From Dendrobates tinctorius (lineage: Eukaryota), in contig NW_027361714.1 of assembly GCF_039654945.1 (NCBI RefSeq), forward strand, positions 15,066,001 to 15,130,000: a stretch of DNA of 64,000 nucleotides, given 5' to 3'. Positions 47,102-61,659 of this stretch are shown in pieces (positions within the stretch are counted from its first letter, which is position 1; each line of letters begins with the position of its first letter). Below the pieces are notes generated by a model that worked only from the letters and a program-made list of their open reading frames with translations, was not told where the DNA came from and did not search any database. The position numbers were made by a program, and so were the translations under genes.

Positions 47102-48866
47102 CCCCTTCACCCCCAAGGGTGGTTTGCACGTTCATGACTGGGCCAATTTTTACAATTCTGACCACTGTACCTTTATGAGGTCATAACTCTGGAACGCTTC
47201 CATGGATCCCGGTGATTCTGACATTGTTTTCTCGTGACATATTGTACTTCATGTTAGTGGTAAAATTTCATTCAAATAACTTGCGTTTATTTGTGAAAAA
47301 AACGGAAATTTGGCAAAAATTTTGAAAATTTCGCAATTTTCCAACTTTGAATTTTTATGCCCTTAAATCACAGAGATACGGCACACAAAAAACTTGATAA
47401 GTAACATTTCCCACATGTTTACTTTACATCAGCACAATTTTGGAACCAAAATTTTTTTTTGTTAGGAAGTTATAAGGGTTAAAAGTTGACCAGCGATTTC
47501 TCATTTTTACAACACCATTTTATTTTTAGGACCACATCACATTTGAAGCCACTTTGAGGGGTCTATATGATAGAAAATACCCAAAAGTGACACCATTCTA
47601 AAAACTGAACCCCTTAAGGTGCTCAAAACCACATTCAAGAAGTTTATTAACCCATTAGGTGCGTCACAGGAATTTTTTTGAATATTTAAAAAGAAATGAA
47701 CATCTAACTTTTTTTCACAAAAAAAATACTTCAGGTTCATTTTTTTTTATTTTACCAAGGGTAACAGGAGAAATTGGACTGCAAAAGTTATTGTGCAATT
47801 TGTCCTGAGTATGCTGATACCTGATTTGTGGGGGGAACGACTGTTTCGGCGCATGGCAGAGCTCAGAATGGAAGGAGCGCCGTTTGACTTTTTCAATGCA
47901 AAATTGGCTGGAATTCAGATCGGACGCCATGTCACTTTTGGAGAGTCCCTGATGTACCTAAACAGTGGAAACCCCCTACAAGTGACCCCATTTTGGAAAC
48001 TAGACCCCCCCAAGGAACTTATCTAGATATGTGGTGAGAACTTTGAACCCACAAGGGCTTTACAGAAGTTTATAACGTACAGCAGTACAATTAAAAAATC
48101 ATATTTTTTCCACAAAAATGATTTTTTCACCCCAATTTTTATTTTCCCAAGGGTAACAGGACCCTAAAAGTTATTGTGCAATTTGTCCTGAGTATGCTGA
48201 TACCCCACATGTGGGGGTAAACCACTATTTGGGCGCATGGCAGAGCTCGGAAGGGAAGCGGCGCCATTTGACGTTTTTGGCTGGAATTGAGAATTTGGCG
48301 AATTTTTTTTTTTTTTTTTACTTTATTACATAGTCCCAGGTGGGACATCACTGTCCTGTGACAGATCGCTGATCTGTCACATCACAGATCACTGTGACAG
48401 ATCAGCGATCTGTCACAGGCAGTGCCGAAGGCTTCCTCATGCCTGCGCTTTGCAGGCACTGAGGAAGCCAGCTTCCTGCAGGCCCCCGAAGGCCCCCGTC
48501 GCCATCTTGGATTCGGGGGCCTGGATGAAAGGAGCCCCCCGCAGCAGCGCTGCACATTGCGCTGCCGTGGGGGGCTCAGGGAAGCACGGAGGGAGCCCCC
48601 TCCCTGCCGATGCTTCCCTTTAACTCCCGGTACACCGCGATCATGTTTGATCGCGGTGTGCAAGGGGTTAACGTGTCGGGGGCGGTCCGTGACCGCCCCT
48701 GACACATTGTGCCGGGTGTCAGCTGTGATAATCAGCTGACACCCAGCCGCGATCAGCGGCGCTCACCACGTGGGCGCCGCTGATCGCGGTAGACGTACTA
48801 TCCCGTACACGGTCATACGGGCCCAGGTACCGTGGACGGGATAGTACGTCGGATGTCAGGAAGGGG
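47102..48866. mobile_element. Shorter copy of the piggyBac-type non-autonomous element
   Basis: TTAA|CCCCTTCAC...AAGGGG|TTAA; colinear with both ends of 15639-25085 and lacks its middle. Confidence 0.88.
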
Positions 48867-50076
48867 TTAAAGTAAGCTTTCCCGACTGCAACAATGTCAA
48901 ACTTTTTTAATTGTAACCTTTTTCATCTACGGTAGATTATAGGGTATCTGTCAGTAAGATCAACCTCACCACCAACTACTGCTTCCTCCCAAAAGTGCTT
49001 ATATGGAAACACCGGAAATCTGACAGTGAGCTATCAATTGGTGTTCCGAAGAGAAGGCGGTACTTTGTCCTATAAACCCCCCACCTTATTTATTTGACAA
49101 TCCTTAAAAACATAGATGCAGGAGGTTGCAGGTAGAAAAAAATTGACTTTTTTACCTGCAGTTTACTGCATCCATGTTTTTAAGGATTGTCAAATAAATA
49201 AGGGTTTTTATTGGACAGTGAATGCCGCTCTCTCTTCGGAACTCTATGCAAGTTTCACATGTAGCAAAGCATCCGAAGTCCCCGAGAAGTCACAAGTTGT
49301 GTGCCGATTTTCTCTCATCTCATGTAAGGTACGACTGGTTCCAGTTGTTTCCATTTTGTTTGCATATTGCAAGCTGTCAATCAAGGTAAAGAGGCAGGTG
49401 CTGAGCAGGGAAACAAACTAGGAAGTAAGAGACTCAGATAGTGCTCTGTCAGGCTTAAAGCACTTAATGCCTCATTTGCATCTGGATTAAAACTCTAATT
49501 TTCCTGTACCCAATATGGTAAAACCAATATTGTCGTTCAAAAGTAAAACTCGTCCCGACAAAAAATAAGCTCTCACATGGCCATATTGACAGAAAAATAA
49601 AAAAGTTGTAGGTTTGGGGAGCAAAAAACAAACTCGACAACGAAAATGGACTACGGCGTGAATGGGTTAAAAGTAATCCAAAAAATATGAAACGGTCAAC
49701 CGCACCAGGGTCTTTAAAAAGTGTGGATATATTTCCACCATAGTATGACATTCTGGCTCAGCAATAAGCCTTTCTGAAGTCCTGTATTCATTATGTAAGC
49801 TAGGGGGCAGGTCAGTGAGGGATCAGTGACCTGTCATCAGGCTGCATTATGTATACCTATGTAGAGCGCCACATGAGAGAGAAACACGCACGCACGCGTG
49901 CACGCAACACACCCGGGGCACGAGCATATCATTAACTCTAAACTGAAAATAAAGATTAAGAAACAGCCACAAGGCGGATTTAGTCAACCAAGGTATCATT
50001 GTAATCAGTATGATGGCGCTGACCTGACAACTGTGTGTAGGTTACTGTGCACAAGCCAGACTAGTGTCACTTTATA

Positions 50077-50773
50077 AAAAACAAATCTGAACTGAGAAAA
50101 GTAAGTTAATGTGTATGCACAATGTAAGTGCATATTAACACATGACCATTAACCAGAGAAAACAAAGCAAAAAACACAAATATCCTGAACTAAAAGTAAA
50201 AAATATACTGCAAATAATGCATAAAGGTAATAATAATAATAAGGGTATTTAGTAAACATAATTTTGATCAAAATAATGTACAAGCCATCCCGCCACGTCA
50301 CGGCAACCCTTGTGGGACAGTCCCTACTCTAGTATTTAAAACCTTTTCACTTGCCAAGTGGCGTGAATGTGAATAAGGGTCGAGCGGCTGAACCACTTGT
50401 AACAGCTTAGGCCAGACTGGATGGCTTTCCCAGCTCAGAAAGAGGGCGGTCACACCCATATATGCACTGAATGCACAATGAAATGAGTAAAAAACAAATC
50501 TGAACTGAGAAAAGTAAGTTAATGTGTATGCACAATGTAAGTGCATATTAACACATGACCATTAACCAGAGAAAACAAAGCAAAAAACACAAATATCCTG
50601 AACTAAAAGTAAAAAATATACTGCAAATAATGCATAAAGGTAATAATAATAATAAGGGTATTTAGTAAACATATGTTTACTAAATACCCTTATTATTATT
50701 ATTACCTTTATGCATTATTTGCAGTATATTTTTTACTTTTAGTTCAGGATATTTGTGTTTTTTGCTTTGTTTT
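50077..50773. mobile_element. Penelope-like retro-insertion: 1.45 tandem copies of a 413-bp unit plus an inverted end
   Basis: 16-bp TSD CTAGTGTCACTTTATA (50061-50076 and 50774-50789); 50077-50260 repeated 413 bp later; perfect palindrome 50570-50775. Confidence 0.75.
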
Positions 50774-53700
50774 CTAGTGTCACTTTATATAGTTATAACT
50801 CTGGAACACTTCAACATATCCCACTGATTCTGAGACTGTTTTTTTTGTGACGTATTGTACTTCATGTTAGTGGTAAAATTTCTTCAATATGACTTGAGTC
50901 TATTTATGAAAAAAAACAGAAGTTTGGCAAATTTTGAAAATTTTGCGATTTTCAAACATTTCTGGTTCTTTTTGTACCATTAAATCAGTTACCCCCCCCC
51001 CCCCTTAGCTTATACACGAGTCATTGTCCAGAAAGCCGGTGGGAGAGGGAGCTTCCAGAAGACATCTATGCTTGCCCTCCATCACTGCATCTCCGTCCCT
51101 GCATCTCTGTCCCAGCGCTGGCAGCTTCTTGGTGTGTTCAGCGGTCACATGGTACCGCTCATCACGGTAATGAATATGCATGTGTCTCCACTCCCATAGG
51201 CGTTGAGCTCATATTCATTACTGAGCGGTACCACGTGACCGCTGAGCACAGGAACAAGGAAGAGCTGCACGGGACAAAGATGCATTGCACGAACGCGCAA
51301 GGAGTGGGGGGTGGGGTTGTGAGCCATGCAGGGGGGAGGGTTGTGAGCCATGCATACAACAGAGGAAGCCACACATAGCAGGACAGAGATGAGGGGACAA
51401 TGCATACCCGGCTTATACTCGAGTCAATAAGCTTACCCAGTTTTCCGTGGCACAATTTGGTGCCTCCGCTTATACTCGAGGTGGCTTATACTCAATTATG
51501 TACAGTATGTCACAGAAAATAGTTCATGAATTTCCAACATGTCTACTTTACATTCTAAAAACTGCACCCCCTCAAGGTGTTCAAGAAGTTTTTTACCGTT
51601 TAGTTGCTTCACTGGAGCTGAAGAAGTGTGGAAGGAAAAATTGAACATTTAATTTTTTTCACACAAAATTTACTTTAGATTCAACCTTTATTTTCACAAA
51701 GGTAACAAGAGAAAATGGACCATGCAATATGTTGTGCAATTTCTCCTGAGTAAACAGATACCCCACATGTGGGGGAAATCCAGTGTTTGGGCGCATGGCA
51801 GAGCTCAGAAGGGAAAAAAAGCACCTTTTGACTTTTTGAACAGAAAATTGACTGCAATCGAGAGCAGATGCAATGTCGTGTTTGGAGACCACCTGATGTG
51901 CCTAACAGTGGAACTCCCCCCACAAGTAACCCCATTTTGGAAACCACACCCCTCAAGAATGTATCCATGGGTATAGTGAGCATTTCAAACCCATAGGTAC
52001 GACACAGAATTTAATAACATTAGGTCGCCATGTTGAATACGCCGTCATTAGTGTTGAGTGCAAGTGCTCGCTACTTCAGTTTGCATCAGATGCTTGGATG
52101 TGCACAAAATATTGCGGGTGCTCAAGTTACATGCTAAAGTCCCTACTCTGCATGTTTTCCGTCTGTTAGACACCCAAAAAAAAACATGCGAGGATCCGTG
52201 ATGCTCCGTGCTCACCCATTCACCCGATGCAAACTCGAGAAGCTAGCACGTGCACCCAACACTAGACATCTCGTCATCGTGTGTTTGTTTTTTTGTTTTT
52301 TGTTTTTAATAAACTTTTGGAAAAAAAAACAAACCTGACCCTAACCCCCAACAGCAAAGAGAGGAAAAAAATTAAAATTTTTTTTTTCTTTCTTATTTAA
52401 CTAAGTAGGTGACAAACAGGGATTTGATGTACTATATTTTTTTTTTTTTTTTTGATCAGTGATTAAAAGGAACGAATAAGAAAATAAAAGCCAAACAAAA
52501 ATGTGGGATTGCACTTTTTTGCAATTTCACCACACTTGGAATTTTTTTCCTGTTTTCTAGTACACTGCATGGTAAAATCAATGGTGTCATTCAAAAGTAC
52601 AACTCGTCCGGCAAAAAACAAGCCCTCACACGGCCATATTAACGGAAAAATAAAAAAGTTATGGCTCTGAGAAGGGGAGCAAAAAACAAAACCGCAAAAC
52701 TGAAAATACCTCTGGTCATGGAGGGAATCTGTCAATGGGATTAACCCTCCTAATCCATCTATATGGGCATTCAGGTCATAAAATAGAGTAAAATTATACC
52801 TTAATATCTGCCATCCGATGTCTTATTCTTGAGAAATTCATGTTTTCCTTTTTATGTAATTGAGCTGTTAAGATCAATGGACAGGACATACAGATGCTTC
52901 TTACAAAATTAGAATATCATCATAAAGTTAATTTATATCAGTTCTTTAGCACAAAAAGTGAAACTTTTATTAGAGTCATTACAAACAGAGTGACCTATTT
53001 CAAGTGTTTATTTCTGTAAGGCTGCGTTCACTCGTTGTGGTTTTTTCGCGCTGGTTTTTAACGCAAAAAAGCAGCATCCAATGCAATCCTATGAGGTTCT
53101 TCAATGCTGTGCTAATGCTGCGGATTTTTCTGCGGCGGAATCGCATCGCGGAAAAATACGCAGAATGCTCATTTTGCGGAATCGCTGGAAAAGCCGCACA
53201 CATAAGAATGCATTGTTCTGGTTACTTTCCGCATATGGCTGTGCCTGCTTCTTCCACGGTCTCCCTTCCTTCAGCGGTCACGTGGTACTGCTCATTAAAT
53301 TCATGAATATGTGCATATTCATGGCTTTAATGAGCTCTGTACCACGTGACCGCTGAAGGAAGGGAGACTGGGAGAAGCGGGGGGGGCTGCAGAGACCGCG
53401 CCAGGAGGGGGTCAGTATATGCAGTATTCACCTGTCCCCATTCCAATGCTGATTGCCGCTGTCTGCCGTGTCCTCTGTCAGTGACGTTCAGGCAGCAGGG
53501 GGCGCGATGATGTAATTAGTGCGCGCCACGCCCTCTGCCTGAACAGTCACTGATAGAGGAACCAGCAGACAGCGGCAAGCAGCGTTGGACCAGGGACAGG
53601 TGAATATCTCAGGTACCGGGGCCCTGAGCCAACGGTGGAGAGGTGAGTGTCATTTTTTTATTTTTTTGCTGCAGCATATGGGGGCATAATCTCTGGAGCA

Positions 53701-54520
53701 TCTTATGGGGCTATCACCTTTATGGAGCAGCATATGGGGCAAATATATCTATGGGGCCATTATTAACCTTTGTGCAGCATTATATGGGGTGTATTTTGTA
53801 TGGAGCATCTTATGGGGCCATCATGAACTGTATGGAGCATTATATGGCGCTCCTGATACAATATGGATATTCAAAAGCATTTAACCTCCTGATGTCTCAA
53901 TTAATTTTACTTTTATTGGTATCTATTTTTATTTTTTAAATTTACCAATAGCTGCTGCATTTTCCACCCTAGGCTTATACGCAAGTCAATAATTTTTCCC
54001 AGTTTTTTGTGGCAAAATTATGGGGGTCGACTTATACACGAGTATATACGGTATTATAAAGTTTTCATCTGAAATATTTCTGAAATAAAAATTAAAATGA
54101 CGGCTACTCTTTAACCTTATGTTAGAACATTGTCTGTAGATAAAGATTTTATTTTACTGAAATCACCACTTAGATTTTTCTATTCACATGCTTTCAGGCT
54201 ATCCCGGTTGACCCTACTTCTGATTTGTTTTCCTCCTCACTCCATTACATGTGAAAGCATGCATGACTAATCCATTTAATGTAACTGTGTGCTTTTTTTC
54301 TAAAACTTTTTATTTTTTATTTTTAGAAATGTTTTTTTTTTCAATCTGCTCGCATGCAAGTGGCTTTTTTTTTTTTTTTTTTAAGGATCTATTTTCATAG
54401 AATTTTACTTGCACTCTGACTTTAATCTGTCAATAACTTTGTGCCTTCTCCAGTTAAGTAGGTCTGTCTCCCTCCTTTTCTAATAATCTCAATGATTAAT
54501 AGGGAAGAATTAACCTGTAA

Positions 54521-54721
<201 letters not shown>

Positions 54722-56677
54722 TAAGGGAGTCTTTCTGCACAAAATGATTTTTCCTTTCAAGCACAGCACTTTGTAAGGGACATAGCTTTAATAAAGAAAA
54801 TCATGCCGTCAGTGTTCAAGTCTATTGTTGCATTTGCTGCAGTTGTTTGTTCAGATATGCATATGAGGCTCTCCATGTACTCTTGGCATGGCTGAGCAGT
54901 CCAGTGCTCAGTTTCCACCTTGTTTTCCATCCATCTCCGCCCTTCGGAGATACATTTGTGTATTTCGATTATAGTCATTTAGTAACCTTGATACTACATT
55001 TTTGAACAATCTTTTCCTTTGATAGAGTACTTAAATGGATTTCTGTGCTATAAGTTTTTAAGCAATTGGACAATATTTAATCTTTCATCCTTTTATTCTG
55101 GGTTGTTGGAGCTTATTTAGAGACATGCACAATATAATGAGCCTGGAGTAGGGCAGAATCAACACTACTATAGGCTTGGAGCTAGTGTTGGCATGTATAC
55201 TAATCAATAGTTAAAGGGGTGTTCTCATGTTAAATTTCTATCATTACACATCATTAAAATAATCAAGTTTGCATTTGACTTGCTTTTTCTTTCTGCTGTC
55301 TTTCTATTACTGTGTGAACGTTTATCTTGCATAGTGTACAGCTTGTTTTCAAGAAGCTCGGCCATTTGTGCATACCTGCTAAAAAGGTCTGTCAGTGTTT
55401 GTTGTGAATTTAACATATAGAGATAACTGTACCTTTGAACAGTCACACAGCTCAGAAAAGGGAGAACTGTTCTGAAAAATGAGCCTGGTGGTTAGGTCAT
55501 TGTTGCCACATGACTAATAAATGCACCTTTGTCAGGAGCTGAGAGGAAGATAAGCAGCTAACAGCCCTTTGATTTATATACAGCAGATAACTGCTCACCT
55601 CTCTCCCTCTGCGCTCCTGCTCAAAACTGCAGAGTGAAACAAAGCCTATTGCTGCAGGAGACACTGTGTTAAGGATTCACACACATCAGTGTAAATAAAA
55701 TCGGTCCAATGTTTTTCCTGAAAAGTTGATGAGTGTCGCATATCGCCCATTTGTGATCCATGTTCAGGGCAATCAGCTATTTCTTCTATCAGACAAATGC
55801 TCCAACATCAAATGCCCCAGGTGAAATTCAAGTGAAATGACAAGCATGAGGAGCAGACAAGAATGGGTAGTAATGGCAGCTGGATGTAAAATATCGTACC
55901 TCTAAAGAGCCGTGGCACTCCAGACACTCGTTTCGCGTTATGCTTCTTCCAAGGGAGCGTGCGACATGGGCGATATTTTATTGCCACTACTGAATATTGC
56001 ATGCATTTTTCCCATTTTTTATGCACTTTAATATTGTGTTTGCTGGAAAGCTAGCTTTACTGGCTTCATAAGCATTTTGCACCCTGTTTTTAGGCCATTT
56101 TGCTGCTTGATATATAAATACGCATGTATATCTATGCTACTTACTCAGTGGGATTATATACATAATATATTTTTTGTGCATGAAATTCAAGTTTTTTGTA
56201 CCTGTATTAGCCGCTTTTTTTTTTGCATTGTTTGTCCCTATTTTTATCTATTGGTTGTACTATTTTGTCACCTAATAAAAATGTTCACATTTTTACGGCA
56301 CTACGGCTTCCTAAATTTTTCTAATATGATTCTGCATTTGGAGGTTGCCATGAATCTAGGCATATTATAGCTTTTGGTAATCCAAAAAGAGTTCACAGGT
56401 TGCCACTGGAAAGTGTGAACGATTTCAGGGTGTCCTGGCCGGTAACACATTTCTGGTCACCACAACTATCAAACTGAAATCAGCCTGAACTTGGCCTTAG
56501 CGCTACATAATAATTGTTTCAGAATTGATTCATATGTATCAGTATATGATGTAATCTCTCTAAAAGCATTTTCAGTTCTCTATTCATTGTCGATATGGTT
56601 CCACAATCTAGTTAAATGCTGTACTCTTCCATGTTTGGCAGTAATGGACAATGGGGGAGGCGCAATGTACCATTTAA

Positions 56678-58175
56678 CCCTGCTATTCTCTTCGTTACCA
56701 CAATACACTTGCTATGTTCCGGTCATTTTTGACCAGACGTAATAGTTTTGATTTTTAGCTAATTTACGTGTTTTAATTGAAAAATTTTTGCAGTATTATA
56801 TTTTATGTGAACCTGGTTGTTTATAAACAAATGAAAAATGGAAAGAAAAACTTTTTATTTTGTGTCAAAACATTTAACATGGCTTTAAAGGAATATTTAT
56901 GCATATTGCATATTTGCACATACAAAAATAATTTATCCAACTGTAAGCTATAATAACAATAAACTAAATGTAATTATATTTTCCAACAAAAATAACAGTT
57001 CAGATTTTTTTATGTAAAATATGTCACACGGTGCGAAATCTACTCTTTGCAATTGTCACAAGTATAATTGACATGTCTTTTGCATAAATATGTTTCACAT
57101 CTGTAACATATCACATTTGATTTGTGATTGCTTGATGTTGGACAGAAGTCGCATCGTTTCCGTTTTAGGCTGGTTGCGTTGCTGGTGGCGTCCGTGGGTA
57201 TTGTAGCAGTGCTGGTGGAAGCTGTTAGTTCACTTTCTTTATCTTGCTGTTGAATCCTGTGGACAATGGCTTCCGCTCCATCAACTCTGGGTGTTGCCTT
57301 TAAATCTGCAATATATGGGCTAACCAGTGATTTTTCCCAACTCCTCTATAAAAAGTCTTCTCTTATATAGTTTATTTTTGTTCCAATTTGGGTCTATTTC
57401 CTTCCATAGCACGAATGCATTGTATGCTGACACATCAAAAATATTGTAAAAAATCACCATTGGCCACCGATTTGTTTTGCACTTACAGGTATAAGTGCCT
57501 GTCAGTTGATCTAGAGTATCAACAGCCCCTTTTGTAGCATTATAATGTAAAATGATGTCCTGTTTTCTGTCATCTCTATTACTGATTTCACTAAAACACC
57601 CCCACCCTTTAGGATAAGAGCTCAGAGTAAAGCAAACACACTTTTCAGACAGAATTTATTAGTACTCTTTCAGGTCAGCATTTCACAGAAATTAGATCAG
57701 GGAACACAAGTAAAAAAAGAGAATATGTTCATTTACAATATGAAAAGTTGAGAACTGAATTGAACTATTTTACATGAACAGCAGGGTAAAAATATTTAAT
57801 GGAAGATAATCAATCAGCAGTATTGTAATGAGAAAATGTATGTATGTGTAAATCGGCATGGACCAAAAGGACCTAAATTGATAAATAGTAGTAGATGTAA
57901 TATATAGTCCAAAATGAGATTAATAGCTCCTTTATTTTACTCATAAAATGGCTGGAGATCACTATAAAAGGCTATCGGTCATTTTTGACCGAACAGTACA
58001 AGTGTATAAAAAATTGTGGCGCAAAAAGTAAGCAAAGAAAAAAAAATTACCCATAGTAAGAACCCCTCAAATGAGGAAAAGTCAATCAACCACAAGTTTC
58101 AGAACCGCATCTTGAATATTTTAAAAAATATTAAAGTTCAAAATCGGTCGTTTTTGACCGAACATAACAGGAGGG
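56678..58175 (-). mobile_element. Internally deleted piggyBac transposon with transposase 3' remnant
   Basis: TTAA|CCCT...AGGG|TTAA. Minus strand about 57040-57590 reads HYNATKGAVDTLDQ..GTY.C...RWPMVIFY and a Cys-rich tail KRKRCDFC...CYRC...C..H; repeated CGGTC.TTTTTGACC. Confidence 0.85.
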
Positions 58176-60913
58176 TTAAACAGCGCAATCAAGAGTGGGT
58201 GTCACAACTACTAGCAAGTAATCATTTATGGTGCAAACCCCTTTGAAATGCTTTTAAACTAAATATAAAATGTTTTCTTGTAATTGATATCATTGGCAAA
58301 AAAGCAGTAATGTATATTCTGAAAAATTATCTATAAACAGCCCTTGTGTCACAAGGGTTAAGCCTTCCGCATGTTATCTAGATGATTATTTTTATTGTAG
58401 ACATTTGTTATGTGGATCTTTTACTGATTATTGGATATTTAGCCAGTCAGACTTGAATTTCCATATAATCTTTGGTCTGCTTAGTAGTGTGCATAATGTT
58501 TCATTGTGGAAGCATTTTTATTTTAGGGTATATCCGGCTAGTAACTGGGCGTGCAAAGGGCAGGCTCCTCTTCATGGCATTTTTGTGATCTGAGGAACCT
58601 AATCTGTGGCTACATGAAAGTGAGAGCAGAATTCTGTTTGTATAGTCGTGTTTCGAGATATGTTTTAAAGGGAATCTGAGAGCAAAATGATGTAGTGACA
58701 AACCCTGATTCCAGCCATGTGTCACTGACTAGCCTGTGATTTGCTGCTTTTATAAAATCACCATTTCTCCTTCGCCTCATTGGGGGACACAGGACCATGT
58801 GGGTGTTATGCTGCTGCCACTAGGAGGACACTTAAGTAAATACACAAAGAAAATTGGCTGCTCCTCCGTAGTATACACCCTCTGCTGGCTCTATCCTGAA
58901 CCAGTTCTTGTTTGGTGTCTGTAAGAGGCACTAGGGTCTGGCTTCAGACCCCAACGTTATTATTTTACCTTTTTCAATTTTTTTTTTTTTTTTTTTTTAT
59001 ACAGTTTGAAGGGGCGACAGGGCTTTTTCAAGGTCCCAATCTCCCAAAATCATCAACAGGCTGGCACGCAGAGTGTCATCTCCTCGTATCCCCTCCTGCA
59101 ACCTCAACACCAGCCTGGGCTCTCCTTAGTGGCGACGGATCCCTTCAATGGGTCAGCTCTCCCCACATCACCAACAGATGGGAACATGGGGTGTCGCCCC
59201 CAAGTACCCCCTTCTGGACATGCCAGCTTGCCTCACCACTCCTGACAAGAAAAATTTCCTCAGGTAACATGCAGAGGCTCCATGCGGTGTCCGTGCGGCC
59301 CCACTGCACCACCACTGCCTGAAAGTGGATGGTGACTGGAGGCAAACAAGACCTCCCCACCTATCAAAGGGAAGGTGGATTGAGGAGGATCTGTGCGGCC
59401 CACAACCAGGCACTGGTGAATGCTCACCCTCCTGACTCTGCTTCATGTACCCGGCTCTGCTGCATCCCCTGTCAGCGGCACAGCACCTGCGGTCGGCAGA
59501 GGGAGATAAGGGCTCCTCCGATGGTACTTTCACATGTCCGGGCCCGCAGGGGGTTATGTGCACCAAACTGCCAGCTGCTGACGTCATTGCTCATTGCCAT
59601 GATACCGCCACTGCCCCGGCACCACCGCGCTGCCAACCCAGAGGCCGAAAATTTAGTCCCGGGCTTCTGACCAGGTTAGGCCAAGTTCCGCTCACCCGAC
59701 GGCTCTGTCCACCTTTTAAGCGCCTCTCGCTCTGAGCGAGCAGCGCTGCGGCCACATCCTGCCCTCTGGCCCTGACTCCGCCCCCTTCTGCTGGCGCTTC
59801 TCATTTCTCACGAAGCGCCATCTTGTTCTTGGACCCCTCCCCCTTATGCGCTGGCATAAGGGGGGCTCATCCTGCAGCAGGGTTGCGCGACATCCAAACC
59901 TTTATTGCGTCGAAAAGTTGAGTACCCCAGCTTCGGCCCACATTAAGCCGCAGCCCGAAACCCTGCCCGTGCTATGATGCGCGGGGGCGGCTCCTCCCAC
60001 TTCCTTGGCGCTTCTCACACAGAACGAGAAGTGCCCCTGAGATTCTCGTCGGCCATCTTGCTTCCCCGACGTCCGCCTCACGAACTGGTGCGGAAGCGGC
60101 TGCGGCATACGACCCGACAGCATTCAGCGCTAAGGACAGCGCTAATCCAAGGCAACGCGCAACCCCCAAACATCATCCTAGCTCATGCACACTGTGACTA
60201 CATGATTTCACTACCTTCTCTGGTGTACAGACTCAGGACCTGGGTAAGCTGGTACACAGCGCTTAACCCCTTCCCCAGAGCAGACTCAAAGCAGCATCAA
60301 AAGATGTCCAATATGTCTCATTCAAGACATCTAAGAAGTCTGTTAAAACACAGTGGTGTATGCCTCATATACAGCACGTAATGCACTACCACGCAGACAC
60401 CGTAAGGCAATCTGTGCAGCCTGTGGCCCCCTGCTAATAGTCCGCCCTAATGGTCCTCGTCTCTGGTACAGTACATGGACTCTCTGGCCAAGCCTATAGA
60501 TTCTTCCGCCTCACAAGTCATCCTCAGACAGGAACCGGACTGCGGCAGAAGATATGCAATCTCCTAGAAATCGTCCCCTCTGACACTCTCGTGCCTCGGC
60601 GTCCTCAGACTCTGCTTCATGCGTCCCCTCACCAGGTGCTTGCTGCTAACATGACTCAGAATACGAGTCTGATGTGGCTGTACTCCCGGACTCGCTAGAC
60701 TACCAGTAGTCTCTAGATTCTCTCATTGACAAGGTTAATAAAATCCTGATGGTAGACGCAGCAGTCCGGACCACGCCGTGTTTTTCTATGGGACCAAACG
60801 TCCTCACAGGGTTGTTTGCCAACCACCCTGAATTACGGACATTGTTCAGAGGCATAGAAGTTGCCTGGACTGGCGATTCCCGGGCAAAAGCTGCTGGAAG
60901 CCACCTACTCTAA

Positions 60914-61361
60914 AGGCCCCGTCACACTAAGCGACGCACCAGCAATCACGACAACGACACGACCTGGCAAAGATCGTTTGTGCGTCGCTACATGGTCGGT
61001 AGGTAGCTGCCATACAGGCAGATCTCCTTAACGACGCAGCAGCGATCTGTATAACGAACTCGGCGGACGTTTGGACCTTGTCACACAGCATGTAGTGTTT
61101 TAACGATTCAACCTAGTCCTGCCTGCGCCGCAGAGATATGAGTCGCCAACGAGGTTGCTCGTCGTTTATAAAGGGTGTCAAACTCAGCGATTCAGGCGCA
61201 CCAGCAGGACCCCAACGATCAAAAAACGGCCCAGGACGTTCGAGCACAAGCAGCGACATCGCAGCGGGGGCCACATCGCCGCTGCATGTCACACATAGCG
61301 ACATCGCTGGCGCGTCATCAAATCGGTGTCGCTAGCGATCTCGCTTAGTGTGACAGGGCCT
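60914..61361. mobile_element. Harbinger-type MITE in DIRS D
   Basis: TIR AGGCCCYGTCACACTAAGCGA; flanks TAA and TTA; related to the 40043-40426 MITE. Confidence 0.75.
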
Positions 61362-61659
61362 TTAGAAAGGAGTGGTCTCAGTCCCCTGCAGTAGCTTTAC
61401 ATGTCTCTGCTCGCTTCCAAGTCTCTTCTGTCTGACGTCTCTTCCATTAAAACCCCACTGACCTGACAGACAATCTTGCTCGGTCAGTCTTTGAGGCTGC
61501 CGGAACAGCATTCCTTCCTTCCTTTGCTGCCCCCTGGTGGCCAGACCTATGGTAGCAAGAGCTTCTACCCAGCCTAAGTCTGGTCAAGACATTAACCTAC
61601 CTCCCTAGGCCGTCAGTCTCGCTTACCAGATTGCCCCGGCCAGGGATTGTACTGTGCAT

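Noticed and set aside
50395-50450. Twister ribozyme (UAA...CCCAGC...GAGGG)
   Set aside because: Only scattered motif words; I could not build the P1, P2 and P4 stems by eye.
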